DNA from: Octopus bimaculoides
Lineage: Eukaryota
Direction: 5' to 3'
DNA length: 63,239 nucleotides
Assembly (NCBI RefSeq): GCF_001194135.2
Contig: NC_068991.1
Coordinates: 6,557,561 to 6,620,799, forward strand
Shown here: positions 11,950-24,329 of the stretch, piece by piece
Position numbering within the stretch: the stretch's first letter is position 1
Layout of the letters: the number at the start of each line of letters is the position of its first letter
Position numbers and translations under genes: made by a program
The notes under the pieces: generated by a model
Told to the model about the DNA's origin: nothing
Seen by the model: the letters and a program-made list of their open reading frames with translations, nothing else
Database searches by the model: none

Positions 11950-12559
11950 ACCTTAAAGGAACTCTATCTCTTGATGAAATTCTAGGGCAGTGCTGATTGT
12001 ATGAGTAAATCCTTCATTTTGGTTGTATTATGGGGTTTATGAGTTTCACTGTCAGCGCGTACGTAGGCGAAGCAAGGGACAGTCCTCCCTGGGTGACGTT
12101 TTTTATTTGGACGGTACTTCTGGGATCTGCTGTATAAGCTTGTATAGGGAACAGGGAAAGCAAACTCATAGGATGTTCCAGGCGGAAAACTGAAGGGGTG
12201 CTCCAGGTGGCACACACACACCACTTAAACCACTGTTCACTATCGTCATTTTTCCTTTTCTTTTCGACATGTCTTTAGTATTAATCTGTTGCTCTTGACT
12301 TGCAAAGGTATAACGTTTAAAATGTGATTTGATGTATAACAGTTCGGATTTCATGAGAAACTACACTTCCTGTCAATATTAAGCGGCATTTCAAATTCCG
12401 CCGGGATCGATTTTGCTTTTCTTCTTTTCGAGGTTGATAAATTAAGTACCAGTTAAGCTCTGGGGTCAATGTAATCGACTTAAACCCCACCGCCAAATTG
12501 CTGGCTTTGTGCCTTTCACTTCTCCCCCACGATATACCGTAGACTTATCAAAACGCATG

Positions 12560-13020
12560 AAGTTCATTGTACAATTCTCACCAGCACAGAAGACCACCAG
12601 TTTGCTTGGACCCTGTTGCCATCCATCCATCCATCCATCCACTCATCCACCTTCTTTGCCCCCAATTCCTGGGTGGGTCGTGGGAGTGGAGTTCTTAGGT
12701 ACCTCCTCCATAGGATCGTATCAGAAGTAATTGTCATTACACTTTTCTGGCTGGATTTCTAAGCATGACCAATTAAGACTATGGATATTATCCAACCATC
12801 TCGTCCTTTGCCTACCCTTAGGTTTCCTGCCGGCTGGTTCGACTTGAAGAAACCATCTTGTGATTCTTTCTTGCGACATTCTATTCCCATGTCTGTAGTA
12901 CCGGAACTGTGATCTCCCAATTCGTAGAGGTAGCATCTTGACCTGGATGGACTCCTGATGTCCGAGCTATGCACCCTGTGGAGTAACGTTACTCCAGAAA
13001 TCCTTCAGAAGTCCTCCAGA
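12560..13020 (-). mobile_element. Decayed RTE-clade LINE 3' fragment
   Basis: Translation …PAGRKPKGRQRTRWLDNI matches the G.R..GRPR.RW.D motif at the C-terminus of RTE ORFs; frameshifted. Confidence 0.7.
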
Positions 13021-14184
13021 ACCCCATTTCAGCTGGGTCCTTTTTTGCCTAAAAGAATATACAATACGTTTTAATTAGTAAATATAGAGTTAAAACCTCT
13101 CATTTGTGTGTATATGTGTGTTGTTTGTTTATATTGAAAAAGAGTTTAAATGCACCGGATTTGTTTTGTTTACAAACATATTTTAAAGTATATTTGTACC
13201 CGTTTATCTTTTATTTTAATTTTATTTTGTCAGTTATTATAAACAAGCTTTAATTTTGTTTAAATTTGGGGAGAAGAAGAGTTTTTTTTACGTCAGTTGT
13301 TCAGTTTCAAACGTTTCACAAGTGATACGACTGAAAGATCAGCAGCGTTGTCAATTCATGGTCACTAGGTCGGTTTTCGGGATAAAATCTGGACGACAAA
13401 CTTCACTTGAAATGTTTTATTTAAGATTGGTCCATTTCTTAAATCGTTTGTTCAAATCCAGTCACTGAAACGGTATTGAATAAAGAAACTACTGCGATAA
13501 AAATCAAACCAAAAGATTATTTTTCTTCGCTTTGGTCGAATTATATCCCACAAAATCTTATTATTTGATTTAGGCTAAACCGACACTTAACGTGGTGTAT
13601 GTTAAGCAAAACAACAACAAAAAAAAAGAAGAAAAATCAACACTGGAGAATAGAAATAAAACGAAAGAAAGAAAAGGAGAAAAAAACAAAAACAAAGAGA
13701 AAAGAGCAGGAAAAGAGAGAAGGCAAAGATAATGGAGACAGAAAGAGGAAGTCGGGACAACAGGTGCAGAGAGGCGAATTTCGTGACAATCTTTCCAAAC
13801 CAAATAATTCAGCAATTGCTTGACGGCAAACAGATGTGGTCGCCGTTTGCTAGACATATCTTTCCATAGCACGTCTCTTTAACGGAGCTACAGTCCTGAA
13901 TCAAGCAAAGACCGGGGCAGAGCACTTGGCATCTAGATTGTTGCCAAGTGCTCACAGTCCTCTACTAGATGGGCATTGTAATAGGTGAAAGTTCTATGAA
14001 GGATTAATAAAAACATTCTCGGGGAAACTCTGGGCATAATGAAAATCAAACAGGTTGGTCTATTCCAGAGGACTTTTGGGCCAGAACCTACAGATAATTT
14101 ACTGAAATCCGTGGTCTGAAATCCTTTTAATATCAATCTGCCCCAAACTGCTTTTGTTTCTGTAACAGAAATTCTGTTTTAAAG

Positions 14185-14234
<50 letters not shown>

Positions 14235-15194
14235 CCTTTTTAGCAGATTCAAAACAGAATCGACAAATTACCAAGTAAAAGCTTATGGCTTAATAACAGT
14301 CAATTCAAGTGAATAAGGTTTCTGTAAAATTGTTCTTGAGCGGTGTGCATCATTTACAGGCAACAAGAACAGTACCCATCTCAACCACCAGCATCTTACA
14401 TCTTTCATAAACACCATACCCTCGTGACACCTCCATCAAAATTTCATGTTAATTTATGTTCCAAACACCAGCATAATGACAAAGTTATTTTACTAAATTC
14501 TTGACTACTTTCAAAACGAATTGAAGCGAATGCAATGCATCCTAACAGAAATGCGGTAACAAATGGGTCAGCTTTAATAAAAAAGAGGATTGTAAGAAAT
14601 CCTGAGAATTTCCACAGAATATTCTTATCGCTGATATTTTCATGCAAATGAAATCTGCTGATGCTTCAACGCACACAGTGAATTATGGCACTGTTTATTC
14701 TAAACCAAAGGTAAATGACCTGAAGACATTGTGTTTTTAATACGATAATGTAGTATTAACATATTAATATATATTTTAATGCTTTTCGAATGTAGTTGAC
14801 ACGTTTTGACATATTTTGACAAAGTCTATTTATCATCTATAAAGTTCCTAGATTGTACCTAAGACAAACGGTCAGAGATTAAAAGTGAGTCACTCACTCT
14901 TTACGTTGTAGGCAAGACTTCAGATAATCAAATGGGGATTTTTTTTTATGGGGTAAGTAGTGGGAAAAGAGCTTAAATAAGATATGGATGATGCTAGCAG
15001 ACATATATGAGTTTTAGGCAGGAAAAGGTGTTGAGTGGGGGAGACCCCAATACAATTGTGTTGTTGTTTAGTTCTCAAGTCTATTTGTTTAGTTCTCAAG
15101 ACATGATCGAATAAATCCAGGGTCAAAAGCTTGCCGCGTATAACCATATCAGCCTTTTATCTACATTGTCCAATATGTTCTTCCTTTTCGATGA

Positions 15195-15241
<47 letters not shown>

Positions 15242-15293
15242 TACTCACACATTAATATATATCATTTTATTTTCTCTGCTTATTTCTGTGTTC

Positions 15294-15329
15294 CTTTCTG
15301 CTGAAGAGCGTAGGCTCGAAACGTAAAAG
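15294..15329 (+). ncRNA. Minimal type-I hammerhead-ribozyme-like motif (A6C core variant)
   Basis: cttt | CTGCTGA | a | GAGC gtag GCTC | GAAA C GT A | aaag: stem I cttt/aaag, 4-bp stem II, palindromic ACGT stem III. Confidence 0.5.
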
Positions 15330-16004
15330 ACTTTCTCACTTCCCGAGCGTTAAACTAATACATCTGTTTGTTGTTTATACCACTAGTTTNNNNNNNNNNN
15401 NNNNNNNNNNNNNNNNNNNNNNNNNNNNNNNNNNNNNNNNNNNNNNNNNNNNNNNNNNNNNNNNNNNNNNNNNNNNNNNNNNNNNNNNNNNNNNNNNNNN
15501 NNNNNNNNNNNNNNNNNNNNNNNNNNNNNNNNNNNNNNNNNNNNNNNNNNNNNNNNNNNNNNNNNNNNNNNNNNNNNNNNNNNNNNNNNNNNNNNNNNNN
15601 NNNNNNNNNNNNNNNNNNNNNNNNNNNNNNNNNNNNNNNNNNNNNNNNNNNNNNNNNNNNNNNNNNNNNNNNNNNNNNNNNNNNNNNNNNNNNNNNNNNN
15701 NNNNNNNNNNNNNNNNNNNNNNNNNNNNNNNNNNNNNNNNNNNNNNNNNNNNNNNNNNNNNNNNNNNNNNNNNNNNNNNNNNNNNNNNNNNNNNNNNNNN
15801 NNNNNNNNNNNNNNNNNNNNNNNNNNNNNNNNNNNNNNNNNNNNNNNNNNNNNNNNNNNNNNNNNNNNNNNNNNNNNNNNNNNNNNNNNNNNNNNNNNNN
15901 NNNNNNNNNNNNNNNNNNNNNNNNNNNNNNNNNNNNNNNNNNNNNNNNNNNNNNNNNNNNNNNNNNNNGACATAAATAATAATGATATTACTGGTATAAA
16001 TGTA

Positions 16005-16152
16005 GATATGTGGTAAGAAGGTTGCTCCCCAACCACATGGTTCCAGGTTCAGTCCCACTATGTGGCACCTTGGGCAAGTGTCTTCTATTAAAGCCTTGGG
16101 CCGACCAAAGCCTTGTGAGTGGATTTGGCAGATGGAAACTGAAAGAACCCAT

Positions 16153-16170
<18 letters not shown>
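16005..16170 (+). mobile_element. SINE family B, 5' half
   Basis: tgtggtaagaag…ggttcagtcccact…ccttgggcaagtgtcttct…gaaactgaaagaa, then (TA)n. Confidence 0.8.
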
Positions 16171-16208
<38 letters not shown>

Positions 16209-16223
16209 TATATATATATACAC

Positions 16224-16259
<36 letters not shown>

Positions 16260-17271
16260 GCATATATATATATGTATGTATGTGGTTGGGAAGCAAGCTT
16301 TTGACCGCACAGCCATGCCTGCACCTATGTATATTTATTTAAATTTAGAAAAACTGACACCTGTATCTGGAATATAACCTGTATGTACATGATACATATG
16401 TAATACAAAACCACATTAAAAATATAAATCCAAAACCAGGATGTTTGTGTCATAGAACCGGGGGTGACTTAGGAGGTGGGTTGGCATCAAAAGGGTTAAA
16501 TGAAATCAGTTTATTATGGATCATGTTTTGTATAAATGCTTAGCGCCCTGAATCACTGTTTACTTCAAAAGATAGTTCGATAGCACTCCCTTATGTAGGA
16601 ATTTATATTGTTTTATTAAATGTGTGTATCAAAGTTCAATATTCATCTTGTTCCTAGTTGTATGACATTGGTTGATGGCAGTATGTCGACCAATTTTGCT
16701 GTAGGTTTTTTTTAATTTTTATTTTTCCCCCTTTTTTCTTTTCGATTCAGTTCTTATGTATCTGGAATTAACTTGGCAATTCTTTCTTGTAATACTATCA
16801 CTTTTTTTTTTGACATGTGATGCTGTCATGTAAGAGCAAATTCCTTTCTGTCACATATTTTAAACCTGGAAACCGAGCTGGGTTTCACATATCAGAACCA
16901 ACACCACTACCCCCACCACCACCACCACNNNNNNNNNNNNNNNNNNNNNNNNNNNNNNNNNNNNNNNNNNNNNNNNNNNNNNNNNNNNNNNNNNNNNNNN
17001 NNNNNNNNNNNNNNNNNNNNNNNNNNNNNNNNNNNNNNNNNNNNNNNNNNNNNNNNNNNNNNNNNNNNNNNNNNNNNNNNNNNNNNNNNNNNNNNNNNNN
17101 NNNNNNNNNNNNNNNNNNNNNNCTTCAGTGCTTGCAGTACCATGTTGGAATACATTCTTCAATACACGAGAAATTCATTGTGTTACATAAGAAAAATTAA
17201 TTTCTGGAACAAAACTAATTCTACAAACGCAAAAGAATTTTTTGTGTAGAAATGCAGCCTAGTGTCTAGAG

Positions 17272-17462
17272 CAGTGGTTCCCAACCTGTTGTCTGCAGAC
17301 CCCTGGTGGTGCGTGGATCCCTAGTGGTCCACAAAAATAGTACTGCGGGGAGCGGAGTCCATGAACATGTTAAGCTGATGGACCTTTCAATATCCTGGGG
17401 TCTGTGGCAAAACTCATTTAAATAAAAGGAGTCCCTGGTTGTGAAAAGGTTGCGAACCACTG
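17272..17462. mobile_element. hAT (Charlie-type) MITE with 8-bp TSD
   Basis: TIRs cagtggttcccaacct / aggttgcgaaccactg; flanks gtctagag (17264-17271) and atctagag (17463-17470), fitting the NTCTAGAN target. Confidence 0.88.
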
Positions 17463-18704
17463 ATCTAGAGTGTTGCACTCACAGTCACAAGATAGTGGCT
17501 TCAATTCTTGGACCGGGTAATGCATTGTGTTCTTGAGCAAGACACTTCATTTCACACTGCTCCAGTCCCCTCAGCTGGTACAGATGAGTACCCCTAAAAA
17601 AGGGGAAGCTAAAGTTATCTTCTCTAGTCATGCCGATACATAGGGGCCCGCTTTCCCGGTTTCATGGCTTATTTGTTCCCCACCTGTATGTGTATGTGTA
17701 TGTGTGTGTGTGAAAGAGAGAGAGAGAGAGAGAGAAAGAGAAAGAGAGAGAGAGTGTTGATATCCTTCAGCTTTGCTTGAGAGAAACAATGACACGATGT
17801 TTCCATTATTTTTGTAACAATACGTCGGGTTGCTTTGTGCTTTCAAAGACCTTGTGATATAAAGGAAGACTTACAAGGGAAACAGGTAATGATTGATGGA
17901 AGGAAGAACATTCAGCAGTAAAATCCTGCCTCAGACACCTCCATCTAACCCATGCCAGCATGGAAAAACAGATGTTAAACAAGCAAACAAGTGAAATCTA
18001 TTTACAAATTCCATTTACAGAATAATCTGAAATATAACCATGGAAATATGTCATTTCTTTCTCCAGATTTATTTTCACCTTTTATCTTTTATTTGTTTCA
18101 GTTATTTAGCTGTGGCCATGCTGGAGCACCACCATGAAGGGCTTTAGTTGGACAAATTGACCGCGGTGCTTATTTTAAATCTGGTACTTATTCTATCAGT
18201 CTCTCCTGATGGACTACTAAAATATCGGGACATAAACAAACCAACACTGGTTGTCAAGCAGTGGGAAGTGGGAGGGGAGACAAGCACACACACACACATA
18301 TGCATACATAGACGGACACACAGACACACACACAAACACAGACAGAGACACACACACACACACACACACACACAGTTAAATGATGAAGATAATGATGTTG
18401 ATTTAACTGAGTAGTTCTCTTTGCCTAAGGACCCCTTTCATCCCTATTTTTCTCAGGTGCACCCCCATAGCCATTCGGTCTTTAAAAATCCTATCGTACT
18501 TTCATAATTAAATATCATTAGTAATCATACAAACAAACTCATTAAAATATTTTGTGTATTATAGAAATAAAACCAATGACCAAATCTTATATAGACCCCC
18601 AAACATTATGTGGACTCCAGTTGAGAAACACTGCTTCAGCTCGTTAGTTTTTTTTTTAATAAATGGCACGTATAATGGAAAATTGCAGAAGACTTTGTAC
18701 TCAC

Positions 18705-18851
18705 ATCAGACCCTCCATAGTCTTTGAGTTCCTTTGCAGTAAATATCTTCACTGGTACAATTCCTTTAAGGTCTCTAATTATATCATATGGTATTGGGAT
18801 TTTCTCAGTTGCAACAACAGACAAAAACAGGAAGAGTATTGTTGCCGTCAT
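18705..18851 (-). CDS. NENF: Neudesin-like, first coding exon (MTATILFLFLSVVATEKIPIP…VKIFTAKELKDYGGSD)
   Basis: ATG at 18851, signal-peptide-like hydrophobic N-terminus, FT.EEL..YGG motif of neudesin, GTGAGT donor at phase 0. Confidence 0.85.
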
Positions 18852-19489
18852 GTTATATGTAGGAATATGTGTCTTGCTCAGGGTTGAAGAATAATGGTTG
18901 GAATGAATGTGATATCCAATGACATTAGTGGAAAGGTAACAGCTCTTGGACTGGTATTGGCTAGTTAAATACATTCGTTACGTGAAGAGTTTAATCAAAT
19001 AAAACAATATTTAATCAGTAATCACACAAATCAAATAGACACACAGAAACAGTTTAAATAAACAGCAAATATCCCAGAATACACAGTGAGTGTTTATTCA
19101 CCAAGAATCTGAGATGAGCTGTGTACACACACACACACACACACACACACATATTTTCCTCAAGACATTTAGCCTCTCTCACTCTGTCTGTCTGTCTTTC
19201 TATCTCTCACTCTGCTTCATCTTCACTAAATGTATGTATAAATGTGTGTATGTGTATGTGTCATATGTAATCATATATATATTTAAATGTATGATGTATG
19301 TTTGTATGGCTCTATGCATATATATATATATATATACATATATTGTCGGTCGACCAAAAAAAGCTGGTATTTCTGTCAAAACTAAAGTTCAAGCATTCTA
19401 ATAATTATCTAACTCCAGTCTGTCCCTTGCACATGTCGCAATAGATACTTGTACGCTCAATAGATAATTGACACTTCAATTTCCCCCAA

Positions 19490-19535
19490 GACACCTGATG
19501 AAGGCTGGAGAATACATCAGCTGAAACGTTGTGTT
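19490..19535 (+). ncRNA. Minimal type-I hammerhead-ribozyme-like motif
   Basis: gacac | CTGATGA | a | GGCTG gagaatacat CAGCT | GAAA C GT T | gtgtt: intact CUGAUGA and GAAA boxes, 5-bp stem I, 5-bp stem II, palindromic ACGT stem III. Confidence 0.65.
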
Positions 19536-19668
19536 AACAACAAACAAGATGAAGACAAATATCCGTCAAATGTAAATAATATCTATCTTACTGTTCTCTT
19601 TCCCTTTCGCTTCCTCTCCCTGTACCCATATATGCATATGTATATACATATATATGTACGTACGTATA

Positions 19669-19701
<33 letters not shown>

Positions 19702-22157
19702 TATTTATATTATATATATACATACACACACACACACACACATATATATTCATACATCAATACATATATATATATATTAGATGGCTATGTCTACATTTGT
19801 TTACCCAACTGCTTAACAGTGCTGGTTTGTTTACGACCCCTGTAACTTACTAGTTCAGCAAAAGAAGCTGACAGAATAAGTAACATCATCATTATCATCA
19901 TCATCGTCATCATCAACATTATCATTTAATATCTGTCTTCCAATGCTGGCATGGGTTGGACAGTTTGGCAGGAGTTGGCAAGCCAGGGAGCAGCACCTTG
20001 CTGCACCCTTGTCTGCTTTGGCATGGTTTCTACGGCTGGATGCACATCTTAACCCTAACCACCTTACAGAGTGTACTGGGTGTTGTTTAAGGTGGTTGTC
20101 CCAGCATGGCCACAGTTCACTGGCTGAAACACGTAACAGATAAAAGACACAAGTCATGCTCATTTGATATTCTGAATAAAGACAAATTCCGATTATTATA
20201 AAATGTATTTATTTTATATAGCTTTACATTGTATAAATTGCTGCAAGCAGTCATTTGATATGTATGATTGCATATATTATACATAGGATTCCAAAGAAAA
20301 TGGCTGCCAGCACCATACTTTTGATGTTTTCATATTGAAGAGCTGTTAATTCTTTCTCTACAAAAAAGATAAAAAAAGAAACATTATTAAGTATTCAAAT
20401 GACAGAAGATAAAGTAAAGCCAAACAGGCAAGGTACAATACAAAAAAGCTGGAATTCAGAATTTGATGGGTCTTCTTCTCAAGTACGACATAATGCCAAA
20501 GGTCTTGGTCATTGCCTCCATGGGGCCCAACACTCAAAAGGAACTCGGCTACTTTGCCTCTATACAAATACACATATACATATATGTATGTGTATATTTC
20601 TGTGTGTAACTGTGTATGTTTGTATCTCTTTGTCTTGTAATTGTACAATTGTCGTAAATGGGTGCCACTGTCGTACCTGCATTGTTATTCATTTCCAATA
20701 TTCTGCTGAAACATGACTGGCCATAATGAAAATATACCACCTTGCCTGAAAACAGGTGAGGGTTGGTGACTGGAAGAGCATTGGGCTCTAGAAGATCAGT
20801 CTCAATAGATTACATCTGACCCATGCAAACATGGAAAAGTAGACATTAAATTTATGATGATGATGATGATGGTGATGATGAGTATATGTATACACTTGTT
20901 GCAATATGTTCATTGTACTGAGCTTTTAACTATCGTATTTCTGCATTACTTATCTATTGCACCAGAGGTCTAATAAATGGTGCAGATAGTGTTACCCAGT
21001 GTGCTTATCAGAACTGTCATTAAATTTACAATTATCATTGTCATTATCATAATCATCGTTTTAACATCCACTTTTCCACTGCATGGATCAGATGGAATTT
21101 GTTGAGGCAGATTGTTTACAACTGGATACCTTTCCTGTCACCGACCCTCACCAGTTTCTATGGCCAGACATGTTTTTAAGGAAGATTGGAAATGAAAGGC
21201 ATCACATGCATGACAGTAACACACACAGCTAATGAAGCTCATGACATAAATTCCTGTTCTCTTGTCATTTATGTAATGTTTTATTATGCTCTGTACTCAA
21301 CTAACACTTCTTTCTGGTGCAAATCTATATTACTGAGTTTTAACCCCAGGTTATTTGGACCACTATGTTGAAGCAAAATATTAATAGGCACACACACACC
21401 ATTATCATCATTGTCATTTAACATTCGTCTTACATGCTAGCAAGGGTTGGACACACACATGATGGGATTCTTTTAGTTCCCACCTACTCAATGCATTCAC
21501 AGAGCTTTGGTCTGTCTGAGGCCAAAGCAGAAGACACTTGCCTAAGGTACCACACAGTGGGATAAAATACAAAAGCCATGTGGCTGGGAAGCAAACTTCT
21601 TACACATGTGCCTACAATTACAAAATACCAGGAAAAAAACTGAAATATTTCAAACTATAAACTGTTGGTGTCTAATCACTTACAGCTGTTAAATGTTTCA
21701 GCATTGATAATAATATCTATTCATCTTTCCCAATATCATTTTTAATCAAAATGAAATAGAAAGGGTATGCACTAATTAATGATTACCACTAACTGGAATG
21801 AAATAGGACAGAGCAGTGTAAATGTAAAGGAATTTTGAAATAGGAAGTTGTGTCACAGAAATCAAGTGACTGGCATGATGGCTTTCAATTAAGCATTTTC
21901 AAATACTACTTACCATGTTTCTTAATTTGCTTTCGTAACCGGTCTTGACAGTCTAGAAAACTCAACCTGAAAGGAAAGAATAAAACAGGAGTTTAAAGTA
22001 AAAAAAAAAACCTTCATTGTTGCGAGAAATGTAAATCAGACCTTTGAGAAGGATTTCCAGTAACAATAGATCATATTTGATGGTATATAAAACGCTCTTT
22101 TAGTCCCCACAAAAATGTCCCAAAAATTCAACCTGGATCCTTTATGTGAAGTTGGAC

Positions 22158-22271
22158 CTATATTACATGCTTTGAAGCACTAAAAACTCTTTCCCCTGAA
22201 TTTATGTGCAGCTGAGATTGGGGTATTATTTAACATTCCTGTGTCTTTCGTGCCATCAAATACAGTACCTC
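22158..22271 (-). mobile_element. Decayed hAT transposase dimerization-domain fragment
   Basis: EVLYLMARKTQEC*IIPQSQLHINSGERVFSASKHVI* resembles the hAT C-terminal L..MAR..L.IPA.S..SERVFS motif; contains stops. Confidence 0.45.
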
Positions 22272-22852
22272 CTCCTGAACAATACCAAGGTATAGCTTCA
22301 GCCAGCAACTCAGCTCAGGTATGGAATGCTAAAAACGAATACAAAGATATTAGGTTACAGCAAAAATGGATAAATACATAAAAAAAAAAGAATAATGAGA
22401 AAGAAATATGTGCAATAGTGTGGTTTGGTAAGAAATAATATGGTGCAGGGAAGAATTTCTGGGTAACATCACATATGTAAAGGAACAGATTTAGGTAGAA
22501 CATGAAAAGATAAGGGAAAAGAGTTCTGAGGTAAAACAGCAGGGGGGATCAGTTCTGAGAAAACATAACACAACAGAGTAGCTCTGAACAAAAATTGAAA
22601 ATGATATATGGAATTGCTGAAGGAAATACTACATGCTTGCAATACAACTTAGAAGCAGAGAAATATTAAAGAGAATTCTTCATACGAACCATCACATCGT
22701 AGAGCTATAACAGTTCAAGGATGAACTACTAACAAGTGTATAATTAACTGAAGACAACACTAATTAACAGAAATGAGAGTGAAAGACAAATAAATAAAAC
22801 GTTTTTTGTTGTATTTTGGGAGGGTCATTATGTTAATAATAAACGCAACACT

Positions 22853-23067
22853 CAAAGGTGGCGAGCTGGCAGAAATGTTAGCATGCTGGGCGAAATACTT
22901 AGTGGTATTTTGTCTGTCTATTTGTCTGAGTTCAAATTCCAGCGAGGTTGACTTTGCCTTTCATCCTTTTGAGATTGATAAATTAAGTACCAGTTGCGTA
23001 CTGAGGTCAATCTAATTAATTGGCCCCCACTCCCAAAATTTCAAGCCTTGTGCCTAGAGTAGAAAAG
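22853..23067 (+). mobile_element. SINE family A, full length with 15-bp TSD
   Basis: Flanks aataaacgcaacact (22838-22852) and aataaacacaacact (23068-23082), one mismatch. Confidence 0.9.
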
Positions 23068-23309
23068 AATAAACACAACACTGGTTCCGTTGTACTTCTT
23101 TAATAATTATTATTAGTCAATTCATTAATCATTTAACCAGTTAAATAATCTGTAGTTTGATTAATTGTTTGGTCACACAACCAAGCAGCTAGTTTCGCTA
23201 AAGTTCTTTCGTTGCCGTTCACAACTTCATCAATGATACCCTCTCTACTCCAGTTTGGTTCAGATTATTTAACTGATTAAATGGTTAATAATTTGATTAG
23301 TAATAATTC

Positions 23310-23710
23310 TTTCTGCTATAAGCACAAAACCTGGAATTTTGGTGGAGGAGACTAATCGGTTACATTAACCCCAGGGTTCAACTGGTACTTATCTTACCAA
23401 ATGAAATGACAAGCAAAGTTGACCTCGGTGAAATTTGAACTCAGAACATTAAGACAGACAAAATGCCGCCTTAGTTGACAAATAATAATGGTTTCATATT
23501 TTGGCACAAGGCCAGCAATTTTAAGGGAGGGGTTAGTCAATTATATTGATCCCAGTATCAATACTCAACTGGTACTTTTTTTTTGTCGACCCTGAAAGGA
23601 TGAAAAGCAAAGTCGACTTTGGCAGAATTTGAAATCAAAACATGAAGATGGGTGAAATGCCCCTTAGCATTTTGCCTGGCATGCTAACAATTCTGCCAGC
23701 TTGCTGTCTT
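23310..23710 (-). mobile_element. Two tandem SINE family A copies
   Basis: Two reverse-complement matches; the second is flanked by ttag(t/c)tgacaaataataat duplications. Confidence 0.8.
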
Positions 23711-24290
23711 AGCTGACAAATAATAATAATAATAATAATAATAAAAGAAATGAAAGAACCAATTCATGTATGTCTTATTGGCATGATGATTTTGCCAAAT
23801 AAGACAAAATCCATTTCAACGTACAAAGTTCACATCAAGAATCTTGCAAACCAAACAACACAAAAATGAAATTAAACGGTACAAAAGAGAAAAACTGGAC
23901 AGTTCTTGTGTGGTGGTTATAGGCCAGCTCTGATTGAGAAAACAATTGAGAATACCAAGAAGAACCAGTAGATAATACAGCGAAATGACAAGGCTGTTTA
24001 GATAAGGACTGGAAAAAGTCGAATAGGAAATACACTGAGAGGGAAATACCCAAAGTGTGAAAATAACTGAAAGAAAAGACATGTGGGAGAATGTAGCAAA
24101 AATATAAATAAATAATATAAAATTAAATTGGATAAAAATGGGAAATACCAGAATAGTTTTAGATAAGAAACTATGTACTATAGCAGAGTTGCTCTTTTGA
24201 ACCAGGAATGATAATTTAGAGATTAGTAATTGAGATTACATGATTGCTGAATGTTTTATGCACTGGAATATAATGGTAAATTGAAGCCCA

Positions 24291-24329
<39 letters not shown>

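Noticed and set aside
18852-18974. Upstream in-frame extension of the NENF exon-1 ORF (MYLTSQYQ…)
   Set aside because: No similarity to neudesin, it would displace the signal peptide, and a candidate acceptor near 18961 suggests 5' UTR.
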